This document shows, in pieces, positions 58,314 to 64,000 of a stretch of 64,000 nucleotides of DNA. Numbering within the stretch: position 1 is the stretch's first letter; each line of letters begins with the position of its first letter. Source of the DNA: Bacteroidota bacterium (lineage in GTDB: Bacteria; Bacteroidota; Bacteroidia; Cytophagales; Cyclobacteriaceae); the NCBI GenBank assembly GCA_039025475.1, contig JBCCOE010000013.1, positions 239-64,238 on the forward strand, read 5' to 3'. A program made the translations under genes and the position numbers. The notes beneath the pieces are model-generated. The model made no database searches and was not told the DNA's origin. It worked only from the letters and a program-made list of their open reading frames with translations.

Positions 58314-58622
58314 ATGACAAACTGGCTAATCAGTATAAAATACTTATTCAGGGATTGTATCATTTACAATCTCATCTTTACTCTTTTTGGTGTTTATTTA
58401 TTAATAGAATATTCTGTAAACAGCTACACCTACATTTTTTGGATAAGGGTTTTCGGGTATGTCTTTACCTTTATTAGCTACTTCTGGTATAAAAAGAAGC
58501 ATCTCTACTTTTATCATAACCTAGGTATCAACAAACGACAAATTGGATTAACCGTAGTGGTCGTGGACGGGATATTGACCGGTTTGATATTGATACTTAC
58601 CAAAACTGTCCTATTAATATGA
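58314..58622 (+). CDS. Small multi-TM membrane protein, probable partner of the adjacent ABC ATPase
   Basis: Hydrophobic helices, YFYHNLGI motif, ATGA overlap with the ATPase gene. Start uncertain (58272-58314). Confidence 0.65.
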   Translation: MTNWLISIKYLFRDCIIYNLIFTLFGVYLLIEYSVNSYTYIFWIRVFGYVFTFISYFWYKKKHLYFYHNLGINKRQIGLTVVVVDGILTGLILILTKTVLLI

Positions 58623-59279
58623 GTTCCCTGGTGGTCGATAGTGTTGAATTATCGTTTTTAGGACGACCGATTTTGTCCAACATTCACTTGAAATGTGAGC
58701 CAGGGAACATAGTGGGCATACTGGGAAGAAATGGATCAGGAAAATCCAGCTTGTTAAAGATAATATTTGGAACACTTAAAGGAACCCATCAGTCGGTCCG
58801 GTACAACGGTAAGTACACAAAGCAGCTATATAAAATCAAACGGGCCGTTCACTTTGTACCTCAGGAAAGGACTTTTCATGAATTACCTCACCTTCGATGA
58901 GCTTGTTAAGATATTTCGATTGCAATCGAGTATGGATCACCTGATGGCCATACCAGAACTAAACTCCAACAGAACTGAGAAAATTGGCAATCTATCAGGA
59001 GGGATAAAGAAGCTAATTGAGTTATTGACACTACTATATACAGAGGGTAATTATGTTTTATTGGATGAACCCTTTTCATATTTATCTCCAGTTCTGGTGG
59101 AAAAGCTAATACCACACATCAAGAGACAATCCGAAAAAAAAGGAATTATATTAACCGACCATCAATATCAGTATGTTTGGTCGACAGCCAATAAATACTA
59201 CATCCTGTATGATGGCCGCTTGAAAGAAATATACGAGTCAAATGAGCTAGAACGTTTCGGATACCTGACTCAACAGTAG
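58619..59279 (+). pseudogene. ABC ATPase gene split by a +1 frameshift near 58866-58868
   Basis: Walker A GRNGSGKS in the first frame; LSGG, YVLLDEP and LTDH in the +1 frame. Removing one A from CAGGAAAGG gives VPQEGLFMNYLT. Confidence 0.85.
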
Positions 59280-59348
59280 CTTTCCAAGCTCAGGAAGAAA
59301 TAGTAACTACTTTCGATCACAGATATATTTTTCATATCTTGAACCAAC

Positions 59349-60234
59349 ATGAAATATTTTGTTTTTATTCTAGGGAGTCTCTTTTTTTTTTCAACGAACT
59401 ACTGCTCAACTAACCGGGACTATTGATTATCCTTATCTGGGTCTTAAGTTCACAATACCTAGCGGTTGGTTAGGTCAAGAAGGAGAAGATGCCTACCTAA
59501 TGGGCTCCAATACTCAACCTGGGCTTATTGCGCTCATCCCTCATGAAGCAAAGACCATACAGGAGCTTGAACAGCAGGCTCGTATGGGTATCCAAGAAGA
59601 AAGGATATATTTGAACTTATCGGGCCAATTAGAAAAATTTGGAGCGGAAGGAGTTGGAGCCGAGTTCTCGGGGTTTATAGAGGGAACGCCGGCCAAAGCC
59701 TATTTAATTGGAGTAGTTAATCCCTTTGGGAGTGGGCTCACCATAGTGGCAACTACTGACAAGGCCAATTACTCATCAGTGTATAAAAACCTGGCCGCAG
59801 AGATCGCCTCAAACCTACAATTCAGAGCACCCAAAGAACCTACTAAAAATAAGGAATGGAGGGACTGGCTCCGTGGGTCAAAGTTGGTATATATGAACTC
59901 CAACTACGACAGCGGACCTTCTTACGGTGGATATAGTACTTATAGCAGCTACAGCATTAAGCGAGAAATACTGTTATGTTCAAATAATCAATTCTCCTAT
60001 TACTCTTCTTCCAGTACGTCTTTCGACGCAGGTGCAGGATTTGGTGGAACCAATAGCAATGATAACGGCCGGGGTACTTGGGAGATCAACTGGGATGCCG
60101 TAGGTAACAGCACACTGAATCTCAGGTTCTCTAATGGCGAAGAGCGGATATATGAGTTAACGTATAAAGATCAAAAAACGAAACTTAACGGATCGCGCTA
60201 CTTTGTAATCAAAGATCACGGACAGTGTTACTGA
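59349..60234 (+). pseudogene. Secreted hypothetical protein (294 aa if T9), frameshifted at a T10 tract
   Basis: ATG 59349; T10 at 59382-59391 leads to a stop after 25 codons. With T9 it reads MKYFVFILGSLFFFQRTTA-QLTGTIDYPYLG... in frame with ORF 59500-60234. Confidence 0.82.
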
Positions 60235-60285
60235 ATGGTAACTAGAATCGAATGTTGAGTTGTTATCCTGAACTAAGCCATTAAC

Positions 60286-60693
60286 TTATCTTTTCTTAAG
60301 CAAAATTTCGTAAAAGAAAATCAGTGTAAAGGTATATCTTAAGATAGGATATGTAAACGCGATAATATCAGGGAAAATCAAATAAAGTGAGGATGGATGA
60401 TTTATATTCGTACTATTTGATAGGCCGTTCTTATGAAGCGAGGACATATCTAAACCTGCACCTAACTCATATGAGGTATGCAGTAAATAAAAAAGACAAG
60501 CACTAATAATAGTCCAAAACTCATTTCTAAAAAACAAACGATAGAGAAAATAATAACCTATACTAATAATCATATAGAGTATACAAGCTTCCAAATACCC
60601 CGCAACTATGAAACTAATCAGAAAACAGAAACTAACTGCCCCAGATAAAAGACACAATGAAAGTAGTCTATTTCGAGTATCCGGGTAAAGCAT
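60286..60693 (-). CDS. Hypothetical membrane protein
   Basis: About 4 hydrophobic segments, AT-rich; probable ATG 60693 just after the CNT transporter stop. Confidence 0.6.
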   Translation of the reverse strand: MLYPDTRNRLLSLCLLSGAVSFCFLISFIVAGYLEACILYMIISIGYYFLYRLFFRNEFWTIISACLFYLLHTSYELGAGLDMSSLHKNGLSNSTNINHPSSLYLIFPDIIAFTYPILRYTFTLIFFYEILLKKR

Positions 60694-60697
60694 GGTA

Positions 60698-61984
60698 TTA
60701 ACCAAAAAGCGCTCCGGCAAAAGTAGCTGTCATCATTGTAGCCAAGCTAGCGGCCAGTAAAGCCCTAAATCCTAGCTTAGAAAGGTCACTTTGACGGCTG
60801 GGCGCCATTCCTCCTATACCACCGATCTGGATGGCGATAGAACTGAAATTAGCAAAACCGCAAAGCGCGTAAGTGGAAATTACAATAGCCTTTTCACTCA
60901 AAACCCCTGCCTGTTTAAAATCAGATAAACTCAAGTAGGCAACGAATTCGTTAATGACCATTTTTTGTCCTAAGAGACTCCCAACCCGTAGTGCTTCATG
61001 CCAGTCTATACCAATCAAAAAAGCAAAAATTCTAAACAGTTGACCTAAAATGTACTCTAGTGAAAAGCCATTAAATACACCGTCCGTGCTTTCTTGCACG
61101 TAAGCATTGAGTCCAGTCCAGGAACCAATGCCATCGACCAATATCCAGTTCAGAGCAAAAATTACCGCAATAAAAGCGAGTAGCATGGCACCAATATTCA
61201 AAGCCAGCTTCAACCCGTCTGCAGCTCCACTAGCCATAGCATCAATTAAATTAGCTCCCAAAGAGTCCTTAGATACTTTAAGGTCGGAGTCTATCTCCTC
61301 TGGCTTGGTTTCAGGTAGTATGATTTTCGACAAAACAATGGCCGCAGGTGCATTCATGATTGATGCACTTAAGAGATAGGCAGCATACTTGGCTCGCTCC
61401 ACTGGATCGTCTCCTCCTAGAAAGGCAACATAACCTGCCAAAACCCCACCGGCTATAGTTGCCATGCCACCAGTCATTAAACACATGAGTTCGGATCGGG
61501 TCATGTTTTTAACGAAAGGACGAACGAGCAAGGGGGCCTCAGTTTGACCTAAAAATATATTACCAGCTGCCGAAAGGCTTTCAGCCCCACTCAACCGCAT
61601 AGTTCTAGCCATAATCCAGGCGATACCAAAAACGATTTTTTGCAGTACGCCAAGATAATAAAGCCCCGCAGAAACGGTAGAAAAGAAAACTACCGTGGGC
61701 AGAACCTGGAAGGCAAAAATAAAACCCAACTTATCGGTAGCCAGATCTCCAAATAAGAACTTAGCACCATCAGTTGAAAAACTGAGAAATTTTACAAATT
61801 TAGCGCTGATCCAATCGAACCCATCGGCAACGAGATCTACCTTGGTAATCAGGAGAGCAAAGATCAGTTGTAATAGAAGTCCTACCCCTACCAGTCTCCA
61901 ATCGATTTTTTTCTTGTTTTGAGAAAAAAAGAAGGCTACACTTAGCAAAAAAAGGAGCCCAATAAAACCTCTAAGATATTCCAT
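60698..61984 (-). CDS. CNT-family nucleoside transporter (NupC-like)
   Basis: FAFQVLPTVVFFS, NIFLGQTEAPL, GGMATIAG, KMVINEFVAY, LCGFANFSSIAIQIGG. Confidence 0.94.
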   Translation of the reverse strand: MEYLRGFIGLLFLLSVAFFFSQNKKKIDWRLVGVGLLLQLIFALLITKVDLVADGFDWISAKFVKFLSFSTDGAKFLFGDLATDKLGFIFAFQVLPTVVFFSTVSAGLYYLGVLQKIVFGIAWIMARTMRLSGAESLSAAGNIFLGQTEAPLLVRPFVKNMTRSELMCLMTGGMATIAGGVLAGYVAFLGGDDPVERAKYAAYLLSASIMNAPAAIVLSKIILPETKPEEIDSDLKVSKDSLGANLIDAMASGAADGLKLALNIGAMLLAFIAVIFALNWILVDGIGSWTGLNAYVQESTDGVFNGFSLEYILGQLFRIFAFLIGIDWHEALRVGSLLGQKMVINEFVAYLSLSDFKQAGVLSEKAIVISTYALCGFANFSSIAIQIGGIGGMAPSRQSDLSKLGFRALLAASLATMMTATFAGALFG

Positions 61985-61994
61985 CCTAGGTCAG

Positions 61995-62594
61995 CTAGTT
62001 GCGCTTACCTAGTTCGTCCCTAATTTTAGCTGCTCTCTCGTAGTCCTCGTTTTCAATCGCCTCATTCAAAAGTTCTTTAAGACCATCTACGGATTGATCT
62101 TTTAACTCATCGGCTTTAGCACTTTCACCTTTGGACTCACCCTTAATTTCACCTTTCAACTCGGTAATATCGTCATCATTTTCATCGGTCAGCACAATAC
62201 CGGCTTCAGCAAGTATTGCTTCGTGGGTGTAAATAGGAGCCTCGAAGCGCAGCCCTATAGCAATGGCGTCAGAAGGTCTGGCATCCACTTCGATAGTTTT
62301 ACCCTCGTTTGAGCATACAATCTTAGCGAAGAAAACACCCTCTTTTAGATCTGAAATAATGATCTCTTCTACTTTATAGTCAAAACTATGAGCAAACGAT
62401 TTGAATAGATCGTGCGTCATAGGACGGTTAGGAATAATCTTTTCTATTTCTATGGCTATAGCTTGAGCTTCGAACATACCTATAATTATGGGAAGCCGTC
62501 TGTTCCCTTCCGTCTCTCCTAGAACTAGTGCAAACGATCCTGATTGCGACTGGCTTGAAGACAGCCCCAGTATTTCTAATCTTAGTTTATCCAC
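61995..62594 (-). CDS. Bifunctional nuclease (DUF151) with C-terminal UvrB/UvrC motif
   Basis: LPIIIGMFEAQAIA, RPMTHDL, DARPSDAIA, AIENEDYERAAKIRDE. Confidence 0.92.
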   Translation of the reverse strand: MDKLRLEILGLSSSQSQSGSFALVLGETEGNRRLPIIIGMFEAQAIAIEIEKIIPNRPMTHDLFKSFAHSFDYKVEEIIISDLKEGVFFAKIVCSNEGKTIEVDARPSDAIAIGLRFEAPIYTHEAILAEAGIVLTDENDDDITELKGEIKGESKGESAKADELKDQSVDGLKELLNEAIENEDYERAAKIRDELGKRN

Positions 62595-62603
62595 GTAGAG
62601 TAT

Positions 62604-63560
62604 TTATCTCGCAGCTTTTAACGCTTCTGTCAGCTTAGGAATTACCTCAAAAGCATCTCCTGCAATACCGTAGTCTGCCGCCTTAAAAAATGGTGCCTCC
62701 TCATCTTTATTTATAACTACTATGTATTTAGAGCTGTTGACTCCAGCCAAATGTTGGATGGCGCCAGATATACCGACCGCTATGTACAATGTCGGACTAA
62801 CCTTAACCCCCGTTTGACCTACATGCTCATGATGTGGTCTCCATCCGATATCAGAAACCGGTTTACTACATCCCGTTCCAGCACCGAGTTCTTTTGCTAA
62901 ATCCTCAATCATACCCCAATTTTCGGGTCCCTTTAAACCCCTTCCGCCTGAAACTACAATCTCAGCTTCGGGTAATAGAACGTCTCCCGTAGCTTTATTA
63001 ACTCCAGTTATATTCACTCCAAAATCAGCATCTGCCAATTCAGGACTAAACGCTTCCACTGTCGCAGTGCCACCCCTCTCATTTATTTCAGCCGCGTTCT
63101 TCTTTATAGCAATTACTTTTTTAGCCTTAGTCAATTCAACATTAGCAAATGCCTTACCGGTGTAAATACTTCTTTTTACTTTAAATCCATTTGATGTATC
63201 CGGTAATTCGGTAACGTTAGATACCAAGCTCGCATCTTGCTTAATAGCCACTCTGGCCGAAACAGGCGCTCCTAGGGAAGAATTAGCAAGTACTAACAAA
63301 TCAGCACCTACATTATCCATAGCCTGGCTTAATGTATTAGCATAAGCCTGTATAACACCTTGATTCAATCGCTCATCAGATACCTTGAGGACTTTAGCCG
63401 CCCCAAATGTCCCTAAAGAAACCAATTCATCATCATTCACCTCAGTTCCTAGTGCAATAGCTACCACTTCGCCACCAACTCCGGCAGCATAGACCACAGC
63501 TTCAACGGAGGTCTTTTTTATTTTTCCTTCGGCACTTTCTACAAAAACTAATGTTGCCAT
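62604..63560 (-). CDS. etfA: Electron transfer flavoprotein alpha subunit
   Basis: IVVSGGRG, QVG-like HVGQTG, LYIAVGISGAIQHLAG, AINKD-like VINKDEEAPFF. Confidence 0.95.
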   Translation of the reverse strand: MATLVFVESAEGKIKKTSVEAVVYAAGVGGEVVAIALGTEVNDDELVSLGTFGAAKVLKVSDERLNQGVIQAYANTLSQAMDNVGADLLVLANSSLGAPVSARVAIKQDASLVSNVTELPDTSNGFKVKRSIYTGKAFANVELTKAKKVIAIKKNAAEINERGGTATVEAFSPELADADFGVNITGVNKATGDVLLPEAEIVVSGGRGLKGPENWGMIEDLAKELGAGTGCSKPVSDIGWRPHHEHVGQTGVKVSPTLYIAVGISGAIQHLAGVNSSKYIVVINKDEEAPFFKAADYGIAGDAFEVIPKLTEALKAAR

Positions 63561-63573
63561 GTATTCTATCTGT

Positions 63574-64000
63574 TTATAAGACCTTCGCCTCGTTCTTTAA
63601 TAATTCAACTAATTCACTGACGTTGTCAGCATCTACCATTTTAACCGCTCCTTTGGCTGGAGGCAATTCGTATTTGGTTAAAGATGTTGCAACATCGTCA
63701 GAAACAGGTTCTACCACGGTAAGAGGCTTCGTTCTTGCCGACATAATTCCGCGCATATTTGGTATTTTCCATTCAGCAATAGGTTCCTGACATCCTGCTA
63801 CCAGCGGCATCTTCGCTTCTACTGTTTCTTTTCCTCCTTCAATCTCTCTAGACATTTTAACCGTATCACCCTCCACATCTAATGTCATAACCGGTGATAT
63901 TGAAGGAAGACCCAGCATTTCACCCACCATACCATGAACCATTCCTCCGTTAAAATCTATGGATTCACGTCCCATAAGAATCAAATCGTAGCCGGCATCC
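63574..64000 (-). CDS. etfB: Electron transfer flavoprotein beta subunit (5' part outside the window)
   Basis: YDLILMGRESIDFNGG, REIEGG, IPNMRGIMSARTKP. Confidence 0.93.
   Translation of the reverse strand, partial: DAGYDLILMGRESIDFNGGMVHGMVGEMLGLPSISPVMTLDVEGDTVKMSREIEGGKETVEAKMPLVAGCQEPIAEWKIPNMRGIMSARTKPLTVVEPVSDDVATSLTKYELPPAKGAVKMVDADNVSELVELLKNEAKVL

Noticed and set aside
1-64000. tRNA, rRNA, CRISPR, IS elements, prophage or recognisable anti-phage systems
   Set aside because: I read the intergenic gaps and saw none; tRNAscan-SE, Infernal, ISEScan and DefenseFinder runs would confirm.

Overview
64-kb chromosomal window from a Bacteroidota bacterium, probably Cytophagales. The basis is the T9SS C-terminal sorting signal, TAnnTTTG/TTTG promoters, and Bat-like, SusC-NTE and PorT-like genes; the taxon is inferred, not identified. 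I found no rRNA, tRNA, CRISPR array, transposase or integrase. Most genes are housekeeping or envelope genes: accC, maf, LPS-type glycosyltransferases, TolC/MFP, sdaAB, thyA, dprA, moaC/mobA/mocA, thiolase, purC, rnz, queuosine-precursor transporter, CNT transporter, etfAB. Points of interest: (1) a >=2990-aa T9SS-secreted protein absent from the ORF track (1-8972, minus), built from a LamG-like head and roughly 2.5 internal ~950-aa modules; (2) a probable cysteate acyltransferase (sulfonolipid synthesis); (3) an exported redox block (IorAB-type molybdoenzyme, GMC dehydrogenase with a Tat-lipoprotein partner, Hyi-like TIM barrel); (4) a BlaI repressor with tandem palindromes over its own promoter, upstream of an M56-TonB_C-SusC-NTE fusion; (5) a decayed beta-barrel gene remnant at 45.3-45.6 kb; (6) an accessory cassette at 58.3-60.7 kb with two adjacent +1 frameshifts, one in a T10 tract inside a signal peptide. 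All product calls come from motif recognition; no database searches were run.
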